64,000 nt of DNA, taken from an uncultured Actinomycetes bacterium. GTDB taxonomy: Bacteria > Actinomycetota > Thermoleophilia > UBA2241. The notes beneath the pieces were generated by a model. It was not told the origin of the DNA. It saw nothing but the letters and a program-made list of their open reading frames with translations, and ran no database searches. Each line of letters begins with the position of its first letter. Position 1 is the first letter of the stretch. The position numbers were made by a program, and so were the translations under genes. The DNA is taken from the NCBI GenBank assembly GCA_963725665.1, contig CAVRZA010000001.1, positions 448,001 to 512,000 on the forward strand, read 5' to 3'. Positions 51,164 to 60,957 of the stretch are shown one piece after another.

Positions 51164-51388
51164 AATCGCCACGAGCATTAGCTGTGATGGCGTCCTCGCC
51201 AGCCTGTCGGACGCCGGATTGGGCTGCATCACGCGGCGGCCCCCTAAGGGGCCGCAGATGTCACAACAAATGAGAATCCCATGAGGCCGTTCATGCGCTT
51301 GCCGTCACCGCGGAGCGCGCGGCCCGAAAAGCCCAACCCGGGGCGAGCCGCCGTGAGGCGGCTCGCCCCGCGCCCTGACCCGCCGGTG

Positions 51389-51760
51389 TCACGCCGCCTT
51401 GCGGCGAGTCTCCGGGGATTCGCTGGCCCCTGACAGCGGAGTCGGCGTCGGTGCCGACCCGGCCGAGGTCTCGACCAGCCTGCGGCGCTGCCAGACCACC
51501 AGCCCGAGCGCCAAAGCCGCAACGGCGGCAATGGCCACACCGAGGCCGAGGTAGGTGGGCCAGCTGGTCGTCGTGGTGGCCGTGGGTGCGATAGCCGGAA
51601 CGCGCTGCGCATGCACGCCGAGTTGATGAGCCTGCGCCTGAGCCGCCGCCTGCGGCGCAGGTTTAGCCTGCGCGCTCGTCACAACGACTGCGAGGAGCGT
51701 CACGGCCAAGACTACCAAGCCGGCAAACACTGCGGGTAGTTTCTGGTACTTCGTTGCCAT
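51389..51760 (-). CDS. Small membrane-anchored hypothetical protein
   Basis: Signal peptide plus C-terminal TM followed by QRRR; GGAGGGGAG upstream. Confidence 0.6.
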   Translation of the reverse strand: MATKYQKLPAVFAGLVVLAVTLLAVVVTSAQAKPAPQAAAQAQAHQLGVHAQRVPAIAPTATTTTSWPTYLGLGVAIAAVAALALGLVVWQRRRLVETSAGSAPTPTPLSGASESPETRRKAA

Positions 51761-51932
51761 TGCTCCCCCTCCCGGCTTGGCGGCTTCGTCTCGAAGCCGC
51801 GCTCACCTTTATCGTTGGGGCGGTGGACGTGCGACCGCTTCCGCACAGAATGGCCCTCATGAGCAGAGGATAAACCTATCACCGTAGGGACAACTGTGTA
51901 TTCAAGACAGGGACTGAGGAGGTGTCGCGCGC

Positions 51933-52376
51933 ATGGCTCGTCTGGTGGGAATCAATCACGTAGCGCTCGAAGTCGCAGACGTCGGCGAGGCCCTTGACTT
52001 ATACGGGCGCTTCTTCTCCTTCGATTTGCGTGGCAGAGTCGGCTCGAGGGCGGCCTTCATCGACATGGGCGACCAGTTCCTCGCGCTCATGGCGGGACGT
52101 AGGCAGCCCCCCGACGCGGTAAGGCACGTCGGGCTGGTGGTCGACGATAAGGAAGCTGTGCGCCGGCAGCTCAGGCAGCAGGGCATAAGCGTGCAGGAAT
52201 CCGGATCTCTGGACTTCACAGATCCCTGGGGTAACCACGTGCAGGTCGTCGACTACCGCGAGATCCAGTTCACTAAGGCTCCTTCCGTCCTGCGCGGCAT
52301 GGGGCTCGGGGAGCTTGGCAAGACCGAGCAGGCGCTCGCTGAGCTGCGCAAGAAGGGACTCGCCGGTGAGCCGTAG
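51933..52376 (+). CDS. VOC/glyoxalase-family protein
   Basis: GINHVALEV, HVGLVVD and DPWGNHVQ. Confidence 0.88.
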   Translation: MARLVGINHVALEVADVGEALDLYGRFFSFDLRGRVGSRAAFIDMGDQFLALMAGRRQPPDAVRHVGLVVDDKEAVRRQLRQQGISVQESGSLDFTDPWGNHVQVVDYREIQFTKAPSVLRGMGLGELGKTEQALAELRKKGLAGEP

Positions 52377-52421
52377 CGGGACTGAGGAGTCCGTGGCGGA
52401 AGCGAACCTCTCAGGGCTCAC

Positions 52422-52675
52422 CTACTTGACTGCGAAGACCAGCCCCGCGATCAGCGCCGCCGCCTCCTCCTGCAGCGCCGGGATGGCGTGCGGGTAGGTG
52501 TCGAGCGTGATCGAGACGGTGTCGTGCCCGAGGTGCTCCGAGACCACCGTGGGGTGGATGCCGGCCGGCGGGGGAGGGTGGCGTGCGTGTGGCGCAGGTC
52601 GTGCAGTTGGATGCTCGGCGCCGCCTTCTTGACTGCCTGCCCGAAGAAACGACTCACGACCTCGGGGTGCGGGGC
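52422..52675 (-). repeat. Integrase A 3' tail #11 (decayed)
   Basis: LHDLRHTHAT ... EEAAALIAGLVFAVK*; same 5' truncation point as tail #1. Confidence 0.9.
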
Positions 52676-52792
52676 CCGGCCGTCCTCGTGTGGAAAGATC
52701 ACCTCCTTCTTCGACGGCAGCGCTGCAACGGCATCAGCGGGTCGACGGCGGGGGAAGCTTGCCGTACAAGATGCGATCAGAGGAGGACAAGC

Positions 52793-53146
52793 ATGCCACT
52801 GCAGAAGAAGAGTTTCGCTTCGCCGGATGAGGTGCGGCCCATGGCCGACAAGGGTCGCGTCGAGATCCTGCGGGTCGGCGATGGCGTCGTTGGCAAGGCT
52901 ACGTTCGAGCCCGGTTGGCGCTGGTCGCAGCACGTCAAGCCGATCGCCGGCACCGACAGCTGCCAAGCGGCCCATCTCGGCTATGTCCTCTCCGGGCACC
53001 AGAAGGTAGTCATGGACGATGGCAGCGAACTCGAGTTCGGCCCCGGCGACGTGGTCGCCATCCCTCCCGGCCACGACGGCTGGGTCCTCGGTGACGAGCC
53101 CTGCGTCCTGCTGGACTTCGCCGGCATGGAACACTACGCGAAGTAG
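52793..53146 (+). CDS. Cupin-domain protein (copy 2)
   Basis: Protein identical to 25448-25801. Confidence 0.87.
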   Translation: MPLQKKSFASPDEVRPMADKGRVEILRVGDGVVGKATFEPGWRWSQHVKPIAGTDSCQAAHLGYVLSGHQKVVMDDGSELEFGPGDVVAIPPGHDGWVLGDEPCVLLDFAGMEHYAK

Positions 53147-53149
53147 GGG

Positions 53150-53509
53150 ATGGCGGAGACCAGCGCGAGCAAGCGCGGATCCAGTCCGCCGGTAAGGATG
53201 AGCAGGCGGCTGAGCAACCACTACGTCTACAGGTTGATCCCGCCGCGGCCAACGTTCCACGAGGACATGAACGACGAGGAGCGGGCCATCATGACCCGCC
53301 ACGCCGCCTACTGGAGCGAGCTGATCGAACAGGGAGGTGTGATCGTCTACGGTCCCGTGGTCGACAGCAGCGGCTCCTGGGGCCTGGGGGTCATCCACGC
53401 CGAGAGCGAGGACGAGGCCCGCGCGTTGCCGGAGGCGGACCCTGCGGTCTCGTCCGGCATGGCGACCTTCGAGATCGGCACGATGCTGGTGGCGGTCCTG
53501 CCGGGCTAG
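53150..53509 (+). CDS. YciI-family protein
   Basis: RHAAYW, YGPVVD and ADPAV. Confidence 0.75.
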   Translation: MAETSASKRGSSPPVRMSRRLSNHYVYRLIPPRPTFHEDMNDEERAIMTRHAAYWSELIEQGGVIVYGPVVDSSGSWGLGVIHAESEDEARALPEADPAVSSGMATFEIGTMLVAVLPG

Positions 53510-53524
53510 CGCAGTCAGGATCGT

Positions 53525-53706
53525 CTAGTCAGTGAACACCAGCCCCGCGATCAGCGCCGCCTCCTCCTGCATGGCCGGGATGGCGTGCGAGTAGGTGTCG
53601 AGCGTGATCGAGACGGTGGCGTGGCTGAGGCGTTCGGAAACGGCCTTTGGGTGGATTGCAGCCTGGGGGGCCAGAGCGGTATGCGTGTGCCTGAGGTCGT
53701 GCAGGC
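53525..53706 (-). repeat. Integrase A 3' tail #12
   Basis: LHDLRHTHT...DTYSHAIPAMQEEAALIAGLVFTD*. Confidence 0.9.
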
Positions 53707-53877
53707 TACCTGTACTGCTCGCCCTCGCGAAGCCTCCAGGCGCTCCTGGCCGATTCCCTCCGCGGCGGGGAGGCGTTACCCTGCCGGGCCGCTTGGAAAC
53801 GGACTCGACGGCTGGGGTCCGGGGTAGAGATCTTACTTAGCGGCGCAGTGGCGCCGGGGAGCCAGGGCAAGGAGTGC

Positions 53878-54237
53878 ATGATGGCCGACAGCGTGATCTT
53901 CATCGGCTGGTCAAACGCCGTTCGCGGCCGCGAGCAGGCCTCGGAGAAGGTCTTCAGGGAGGCGATGGAGTACTGGGGCCGGCTGCAGGCGGCGGGGGAG
54001 ATCGAAAGCGTCGATGCAGTGCTGCTGGATGCCCACGGCGGCGATCTCGGCGGCTTCTTCCTCCTCAAGGGCGAGCGCGAGAAGCTGGCGCGCGTCCAGG
54101 CGAGCGCGGAGATGGAGAAGCTGATGATTCGGGCGAACGTGATCGTCGACGATCTCGGCGCCGTGGGCGGCGTCACCGGCGAGGGCGTGATGCGGCGGCT
54201 GGCCATGTTCCTGGAGGCCTCGGGCAGCCTTCTCTAG
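53878..54237 (+). CDS. Hypothetical protein
   Basis: AAGGAG before ATG; IFIGWSNAVRGRE..HGGDLGGFFLLKG; no family named with confidence. Confidence 0.7.
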   Translation: MMADSVIFIGWSNAVRGREQASEKVFREAMEYWGRLQAAGEIESVDAVLLDAHGGDLGGFFLLKGEREKLARVQASAEMEKLMIRANVIVDDLGAVGGVTGEGVMRRLAMFLEASGSLL

Positions 54238-54396
54238 AGGCGGACGGACGTGGGGCGCTGACGCGCTCCACGCCCTATCTTTCTCGTAGCGCCCCGGAGG
54301 ACAGTAGTCCCCACGGGGTGAGCGGCGTGGGCAGCCATGACGTGGACTCGCTCATGAAGTGGCGTGGCCCCCGACGCTGCCTGTCACGACAGGTGT

Positions 54397-54496
54397 CTAC
54401 GCCTCAGCGAACACCAGCCCCGCAATCAGCGCCGCCGCCTCCTCCTGCAGCGCCGGGATGGCGTGCCAGTAGGTGTCGAGCGTGATCGAGACGGTG
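54397..54496 (-). repeat. Integrase A 3' tail #13
   Basis: TVSITLDTYWHAIPALQEEAAALIAGLVFAEA*. Confidence 0.93.
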
Positions 54497-54547
54497 CCGC
54501 CGGGTACATCCCAAAGGGACGCAAGACCGATCAGGAAGGGACCCTCA

Positions 54548-54973
54548 ATGTCACAGCCAAACAAGGAGACTCTGCGACGCATCCCGCTCGAGGCCATCAA
54601 GGAAGGCAAAGTGGAGATCGTCGATGAGGTGCTCGCCGCCGATTTCGTCGAGCACGGCTCGCTGCCGCCCGGGCTGCCCCAGGGCCGCGAGGGGCTCAAG
54701 GCCCTGATCGTGGGGCTGAGGGCGGCGTTCCCCGACTTTCGCTACAGCGTGCTCCACGAGATTGCCGAGGACGACATGGTCGTGCAGCACATGCGCGCCT
54801 CGGGCACGATGAAGGGCGAGTACGCCGGCATGAAGCCGACCGGCAAGAGCGCCACCTGGGACGAGGTTCACATCGTGCGCATGAAGGACGGCAAGGCCGT
54901 CGAGCACTGGGCGGTGGTAGACCAGCTCGGCATGCTTCAACAGCTCGGCTTGGCGCCCGCTGCTCCCGCCTGA
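54548..54973 (+). CDS. SnoaL-like ester cyclase
   Basis: AAFPDF, GTMKGEYAGMKPTGK and VEHWAVVDQLG. Confidence 0.87.
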   Translation: MSQPNKETLRRIPLEAIKEGKVEIVDEVLAADFVEHGSLPPGLPQGREGLKALIVGLRAAFPDFRYSVLHEIAEDDMVVQHMRASGTMKGEYAGMKPTGKSATWDEVHIVRMKDGKAVEHWAVVDQLGMLQQLGLAPAAPA

Positions 54974-55196
54974 TTAAGCAGACGATCGTCCTCTCAGGGC
55001 GCGAACGAGCCACCTACTGTGACTCGTTCGCACCTCTCTTGCGCTAGACGCCTCGTGCTCGCGTGGCCGCACGGCTCGAGGTGTGATTCAAGAGTCTCGA
55101 GGCGCGGCGCCTACCCTACGGCATCAACCTCTGCACAGCGGGTACCGTGATACTTACGGACGCTGCTAGCGTGAAGACGTCACCGAGGAGGGCACC

Positions 55197-55361
55197 ATGG
55201 CACTCTACGAGTTCACCTGCAAGAAGTGCGGCACCGAGTTCGAGGTCACCTGCCACATGGACGAGCGCGACGCCCAAGCGCTCTGCCCCAAATGCGGCAG
55301 CCACAAGGTGCACCAGAAGCTCAGCGCCGCGTTCTCCTCGCCGCGGCCACCCAAATACTGA
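55197..55361 (+). CDS. FmdB-family zinc-ribbon protein
   Basis: Manual translation MALYEFTCKKCG..CPKCGS; GAGGAGG upstream. Confidence 0.8.
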   Translation: MALYEFTCKKCGTEFEVTCHMDERDAQALCPKCGSHKVHQKLSAAFSSPRPPKY

Positions 55362-55422
55362 AGCCCAGCTGCGGCGCTCAGCCTGCCAGGACCAACATGG
55401 GCTGCGCTCGCAGAGGACGGCC

Positions 55423-55536
55423 CTACTGCCCCGCGAACACCAGCCCGGCGATCAGCGCCGCCGCCTCCTCCTGCAGCGCCGGGATGGCGTGCGAGTAGGC
55501 GTCGAGGGTGATTGCCACGGTGGCGCGTCCGGGGGG
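55423..55536 (-). repeat. Integrase A 3' tail #14
   Basis: ATVAITLDAYSHAIPALQEEAAALIAGLVFAGQ*; same junction as tail #10. Confidence 0.92.
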
Positions 55537-55607
55537 AATCGCCACGGGCATCCCCTGTGGCGGCGTCTTCACCGGCCTGTCGGACGCCGGATTGGGGGAG
55601 AACACTG

Positions 55608-55751
55608 CAAGACGGGGACTGAGGAGGTGTCGCGCGTATAGCTCGTCTGGTGGGAATCAATCACGTGGCGCTCGAAGTCGCAGACGTCGGCGAGGCCCTT
55701 GACTTATACGGGCGCTTCTTCTCCTTCGATTTGCGTGGCAGAGTCGGCTCG
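55608..55751 (+). pseudogene. Truncated duplicate of the VOC gene 5' end
   Basis: Matches about 51903-52046; start codon ATG changed to ATA. Confidence 0.88.
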
Positions 55752-55853
55752 CCCAGAATGCTTGAGCACGGCCCAGCACCGAGCCCGCCCGGAACTTTGG
55801 ACCGTGCAGCACCTTTGCGCACGCGGCAGTACGCCCCATCACGCCTTCGGCAT

Positions 55854-55900
55854 GTTTCCTAAACCTGGTGTCGTAGGTTCGATTCCTGCCGGGGGCACCA
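55854..55900 (+). repeat. tRNA-Arg 3'-half duplicate (att junction 3)
   Basis: 47-bp match with one mismatch; both flanks resemble those of junction 2. Confidence 0.93.
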
Positions 55901-56133
55901 GCTTTCTCCTGCATATGCCGATTTCACCTGCCTTCCGAAGTGCCCCTTCCTTGCCGAATCGGCAAGATTGCCGACATTTTGCCGACGAGGCGCGGTGACA
56001 TGGTTAACTGCGCGAGCACACAGGCGGGCATCGTCTGCTGATCCGCAAGGTGCGCACGTCAGCGCAACAGCTTCGACAAGCCGATTCGCCGCCCGGCGTC
56101 GCCCTGCTCGGACATCTGAGCGGCCAGGGCGCC

Positions 56134-59100
56134 CTAGCCGCGGCGCCTCCACCACCGACGGCGCTCCTCAGAGGCAACTGGCCCGCGATCGGGTTCTTCT
56201 CTCGACTCGATTGGCCTGGCTACTGGATGCGGATCCAGCGACTCACCCATCGGCTCCAGGATGTACACGGTTCCACTTGTGTCCCCACAGCAGATGCGCG
56301 TCCCTTGCGGACTGTAATCGCAGCAAGACACAAATCCGAGGCACGGCAACATCGCAACACACTCCATGTTCTGGGCATCCCAGAGCGTGAGGGTGCTGCT
56401 GTCCCATGAGCCAGAGGCGATGCGGCTGCCGTCCGGGGAGTAGGCGACAGCGGTCACCGAGCCCGTATGGCCCCTGAAGGTGGCGAGCTCCACGCCATTG
56501 GCGGCGTCCCAGACCTTGAGCGTCCCGTCGCCTGAGCCGGAGACGATGCGGGTGCCGTCCGGGGAGTAGGCCACGGCCCGCACCGAGTCATCGTGGCCGC
56601 TGAAGGTGGCGAGCTCCGCGCCGCTGGCGGCGTCCCAGACCCTGAGTGTCCCGTCACTTGAGCCGGAGACGATCCGGGTGCCGTCCGGGCAGTAGGCAAC
56701 CGTGTTCACCCCCTCCGTGTGCCCGCTGAAGGTGGCGAGCTCCGCGCCGCTGGCGGCGTCCCAGACTCTGAGCGTGTGGTCGTCTGAGCCGGAGGCGATG
56801 CGGCTGCCGTCCGGAGAGTACGCGACGGCGAATACATAGCCGGTGTGGCCGGTGAGGGTGAGAAGCTCCGCGCCGCTGGCGGCATCCCAGACCTTGGCTG
56901 TGTTGTCGTACGCGCAGCCATCGACGATGCGGCTGCCGTCCGGGGAGTAGGCGACGGCCTCCACATAGCCTGTGCCGCTGAGGGTGAGGAGCTCCGCGCC
57001 GCTGACGGCGTCCCACACCTTGAGCGTGCAGTCGCGTGAACCGGAGACGATTCGGCTGCCGTCCCGGGAGCAGGCGACGGCCCGCACCCAGTCCGTGTGA
57101 CCGCTGAGGGCGGTGAGCTCCGCATCGCCGGCGGGGTCCCAGACCTTAAGGGTGCCGTCGCCTGAGCCGGAGACGATGCGGGTCCCGTCCGGGGAGAAGG
57201 CGACGGCAGACACCGAGTACGTGTGCCCGCTGAGGGTGGCGAGCTCCGCGCCATTGGCCGCGTCCCAGACCCTGACGGTGTAGTCGTCTGAGCCAGAGGC
57301 GATGCAGGTGCCGTCCGGGGAGTAAGCCACGGTGAGCACCGGTTTCGTGTGCCCGCTGAGGGTGGCGAGCTCCGCGCCGCTGACGGCGTCCCAGATCTTG
57401 AGGGTGTTGTCCCAGGAGCCGGAGGCGATGCGGCTGCCGTCCGGGGAGTAGGCGACGGCGGTCACGTGATCCGTGTGGCCGCTGAGCGCGGCGAGCTCCG
57501 TGCCGGCGGCGGCGTCCCAGACCTTAAGGGTGCTGTCGCCTGAGGCGGAGGCGATGCGGCTGCCGTCCGGGGAGTAGGCGACCGCCTGAACGTGGCTAGT
57601 GTGGCCAGTGAGGGCAGCGAGCTCCGCGCCGGTGTCAGCGTGCCACACTTTCAGAGTGTTGTCGCCTGAGCCGGAGACGATGCGGTTGCCGTCCGGGGAG
57701 TAGGCGACGGCATACACCGAGTCCGTGTGGCCGCTGAGGGTGAGAAGCTCCGCGCCGCTGACGGCGTCCCAGATCTTGAGAGTGTTGTCGCCTGAGCCGG
57801 AGACGATGCGGCTGCCGTCCGGGGAGTAGGCGACGGCCTGAACGTGGCCAGTGTGGCCAGTGAGGGTGGCGAGCTCCGCGCCGCTGACGGCGTCCCACAC
57901 CTTAAGCGTGTTGTCCTCTGAGCCGGAGAGGAAGCGGGTGCCTGAGCCGGAGACGATGCGGCTGCCGTCCGGGGAGTAGGCGACCGCCCCCACCAAGCCC
58001 GTGTGGCCGGCGAGGACGCGTATCAGCGCCCCCGACTCGCGAAGTCGAGTCAGCAAGTGCAGCCACAGTCCGGCGCCGGGCTTGCTGCGTTCCTCGAGCT
58101 CGGGTGCAAGAACCCCGGAGACGACCCCCCCGTTCTCCGGCCCGTCGACCCACTGCAGCCGGTTGTACATCTGCTGCCAGAGCAGATCGGGGCCCGGGGT
58201 CAGGTTGTGCGCCTCCCGACCGAGTATCTTCGCGAACGCCTCGAGCACGAGGCGCTGATCGGACCGTGCCGTCATTGGGTCGCCCACGAGCGCCTGCGCG
58301 GCCGGGAAGGCTGCCAGCGCCCGGTCGTAGTCGTCGATCAGCGCCAGCACGCCGTTGTAGACGCCGACGTCCTCGCCCTCGGCGCCGGCGCTCGTCACGA
58401 CGGCGACGCGCTTCGCTTTCTGTTCGAGGTAGGTGAAGTCGGTGAGCGTGGCAGAGAGGTCATCCCAGCGCTCGGCCCGGGTGAGGTGGTAGGGCAGCTC
58501 GGCGAGCGCGTGCGCGCTGCCTTTCCACTCGCGCGCGCCCGCGTCCTTGCCGCGTGCCAGCCGTTGCATCACGTTCGCGAGCACGTCGTGCAATTGCGCT
58601 GACCGTCCGTCGACGTAGCGCTTCTGTGCCGCGTCGGCAAGCTCCTTGTGGAAGAACGACAGCAGCGACGCCCCTTCGGAGGCCCGCGGACTCAGGTACG
58701 GCGCCAGATCGAAGTGCAGCCGCGACCACACGACGACCGGCAGCTGCCGCAGCGGCATCTCCCATTCGGCGCCGGCCCTGAACTCCGCCCACGTCTCCTC
58801 GTCGGCGGCGAGCGCATCGAGGAGCTCGTCCTCGGAGAGGCCCAGCCGCTCGTAGGCGCAGGCGAGGAAGCCGAGCGCGTGGCCCACCAGCTCGCCCCCG
58901 TGCTCGGTTTCGAGCCGCTTGTAGAGGTCGCCGATGATGGCGGGCTCGTCTGCGCCGATCCGGACCTCCTCGAGTGCGGAGGGCCACAGACGCGCCTCCT
59001 CGAAGGCGAGGCGCAGGTAGAGCGGTGAGCCGCGGGCGCCAAAGCGTCCGAGGATTCCCTCGCGTTGCGGGGGCCTGAGCGTGCGGCCGCTATTCTGTAG

Positions 59101-60639
59101 CCAGGAGTCCAGCAGGCTCTCGCCCTCGTCCGGTGGCATTCCCTGAAGCTCCAGCACGAGGTTCTCGGGCAGGCGGTCTGCCAGGCTCTCGAGGAGGGGA
59201 CCGGGCCTGGTCGCGGTGACCAGACGGACTTTAGCGGGCAGCTCGGAGGGCAGCCAGGACAGGTTCGTGCCCTCGCCCCCAACCAGTTGATCGAGCGAGT
59301 CCAGGAAGACGATGAGCGGCCGCTCCGCCGATGCGAGCTCGAGTCGCTTGGGCAGCTCGCGCTGGAGATCCTGCAGGGTAGATGGGACCGGCTCGCTCGA
59401 TCCGTAGGCCTCACCGATCTCGCCGCACAGGTCCTGCAGCAGGGAGCGAGGATCGGCCGAAGCCGACGTGACGCCGATAAAGCGCGTCACGATCACCGCG
59501 TCGGAATGCTTCTCGCCGGCGTCGGTAGCCGCGCGTGCCATGAGCGCCGACTTGCCGAGACCTCCGGCGGCGAACACGCAGAGGGGGTGGTCGCTCCCGC
59601 TGGCCAGGTAGCGAGCGATGGCGTCGAGGTAGCGCGCCCGCCCGATGAACCCATCGGCGTGCTCCGCCGCGAACGCGCCGTGCGCCGCGCGCTCCTGGTC
59701 AAGATGCGAGTAGGCGCCGAGCCGCTCGATCTCGGCGTCGATGACGCGCGTGAGCGACGAGAGCATGTCCGCGCAGAGCTGGTCGATGTGAGCGGTGCTC
59801 GCAGCGGCGCCGGTCCACTGGGCCTGGTACTCGAAGGCGTTGTCGCCCAGCCCCCGGTCCTGGCGAGACGCGCCGTCGCCAAGCCGCTCGCGCAGGCGGG
59901 TCTTGAGGTCTTCGAGCAGCGCCCCAGCCTCTTTGTCAGGGGTCCCGTCCTCGTGGAAGTCGCGGTAGTTCGCGGCCGGGGGCCACAGCTCCGGGTCATC
60001 GCAGGGCGGCACCCGGTCCGGTAGGCCGCTGAGGTCGCGCAGGAAACAGAAGACATGCTCGTCGGCGTACTCGGCCGCAAAGGCGCCCTTTAGGATCTCC
60101 TGTTCGGTCGCCGAGAGGGTGTACTTGGCGAGTGCGGCGTCCGGGAGACCGGCGCCGCGTGCCGCCTCAGCGAGCGCCTCGCGAAGGGCGTCCGCATCGT
60201 AGGCCGCTGCACCCTCGCGGCGCGGCTCAAGCACGTACTCCGGCGGGACCGCATTGTCGTCGCGGTAGTAGGCAGCTTCTGGGGCCGCCAAGGCCGCCGG
60301 GGCGAGTAGCGCCTTGAGGGTCTCGAACTCCTCGGCGCCGACGACTTCGGGCAGCGGGCGCCAACCGTAGCGGTCGCCGAGAAGCACGACGAAGTTCGGC
60401 CTGGGCGAGACCTCCTGGCAGCGCGCGACTTCCGAAAGGCAGATGCGCATCGTACGCTGACCGGCCGAGGCCTCTTCCCCGATGCCCCAGCGCAGATCGA
60501 CGGCCTGGAAGGCATAGCCCTTGGCCGCACAGTGTGCGCGCAGCTCCGGGAAGACCTTCTCCTGCAGCGCGTCGCGCTCCGCCTTGAGATCGCGGAAGGT
60601 GGAGGAGACGAAGACACGGAATACCCGAGTCCCGAGCAT
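56134..60639 (-). CDS. DUF4062 + NACHT/AAA NTPase + WD40-repeat protein (NLR/STAND-like)
   Basis: RVFVSSTFRDLKAER, VDLRWG, Walker A AGGLGKS, Walker B LIVFLDSLD, 13 near-identical plus 1 degenerate WD40 repeats. Confidence 0.9.
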   Translation of the reverse strand: MLGTRVFRVFVSSTFRDLKAERDALQEKVFPELRAHCAAKGYAFQAVDLRWGIGEEASAGQRTMRICLSEVARCQEVSPRPNFVVLLGDRYGWRPLPEVVGAEEFETLKALLAPAALAAPEAAYYRDDNAVPPEYVLEPRREGAAAYDADALREALAEAARGAGLPDAALAKYTLSATEQEILKGAFAAEYADEHVFCFLRDLSGLPDRVPPCDDPELWPPAANYRDFHEDGTPDKEAGALLEDLKTRLRERLGDGASRQDRGLGDNAFEYQAQWTGAAASTAHIDQLCADMLSSLTRVIDAEIERLGAYSHLDQERAAHGAFAAEHADGFIGRARYLDAIARYLASGSDHPLCVFAAGGLGKSALMARAATDAGEKHSDAVIVTRFIGVTSASADPRSLLQDLCGEIGEAYGSSEPVPSTLQDLQRELPKRLELASAERPLIVFLDSLDQLVGGEGTNLSWLPSELPAKVRLVTATRPGPLLESLADRLPENLVLELQGMPPDEGESLLDSWLQNSGRTLRPPQREGILGRFGARGSPLYLRLAFEEARLWPSALEEVRIGADEPAIIGDLYKRLETEHGGELVGHALGFLACAYERLGLSEDELLDALAADEETWAEFRAGAEWEMPLRQLPVVVWSRLHFDLAPYLSPRASEGASLLSFFHKELADAAQKRYVDGRSAQLHDVLANVMQRLARGKDAGAREWKGSAHALAELPYHLTRAERWDDLSATLTDFTYLEQKAKRVAVVTSAGAEGEDVGVYNGVLALIDDYDRALAAFPAAQALVGDPMTARSDQRLVLEAFAKILGREAHNLTPGPDLLWQQMYNRLQWVDGPENGGVVSGVLAPELEERSKPGAGLWLHLLTRLRESGALIRVLAGHTGLVGAVAYSPDGSRIVSGSGTRFLSGSEDNTLKVWDAVSGAELATLTGHTGHVQAVAYSPDGSRIVSGSGDNTLKIWDAVSGAELLTLSGHTDSVYAVAYSPDGNRIVSGSGDNTLKVWHADTGAELAALTGHTSHVQAVAYSPDGSRIASASGDSTLKVWDAAAGTELAALSGHTDHVTAVAYSPDGSRIASGSWDNTLKIWDAVSGAELATLSGHTKPVLTVAYSPDGTCIASGSDDYTVRVWDAANGAELATLSGHTYSVSAVAFSPDGTRIVSGSGDGTLKVWDPAGDAELTALSGHTDWVRAVACSRDGSRIVSGSRDCTLKVWDAVSGAELLTLSGTGYVEAVAYSPDGSRIVDGCAYDNTAKVWDAASGAELLTLTGHTGYVFAVAYSPDGSRIASGSDDHTLRVWDAASGAELATFSGHTEGVNTVAYCPDGTRIVSGSSDGTLRVWDAASGAELATFSGHDDSVRAVAYSPDGTRIVSGSGDGTLKVWDAANGVELATFRGHTGSVTAVAYSPDGSRIASGSWDSSTLTLWDAQNMECVAMLPCLGFVSCCDYSPQGTRICCGDTSGTVYILEPMGESLDPHPVARPIESREEPDRGPVASEERRRWWRRRG

Positions 60640-60738
60640 GATCAGCCTCCTTGGCCGTTCAGCGCATGGTTTCGCGCTGCAAGAGGCACCCTACTACGAA
60701 CGAGGCGGCGCGACTGCGCACGTCGAGTGTCCTGTCCG

Positions 60739-60808
60739 CTACCTTTCCGCGAAGAGCAGCCCCGCGATCAGCGCCGCCTCCTCCTGCATCGCCGGGATGG
60801 CGTGCGAG
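60739..60808 (-). repeat. Integrase A 3' tail #15
   Basis: SHAIPAMQEEAALIAGLLFAER*. Confidence 0.9.
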
Positions 60809-60957
60809 CGGCTGGTGACGGAGATCACAATGCTGCTGGAGGATCGCATCGCTCTTGAGCCAGTGCCCGTGCCCAGCGGCCTTGGGCGGGGCGGCGGGAT
60901 CCTTCGCCCGCCGCCGCCTTCGCACCTTCGGCCTGGCACTCGCTCCCCGGGTCGGTA

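Larger units (their letters stand above)
47675..55900. mobile_element. tRNA-Arg-integrated island segment 2
   Basis: Between att junctions 2 and 3; seven integrase tails with cargo. Confidence 0.75.

Noticed and set aside
47675-55900. Additional tRNA genes at 47675 and 55854
   Set aside because: Only the 3' half is present; the acceptor 5' strand and D arm are missing.
56400-58020. Diversity-generating retroelement acting on the WD40 or propeller repeats
   Set aside because: No reverse transcriptase or template repeat in the window, and variation is not obviously adenine-specific.
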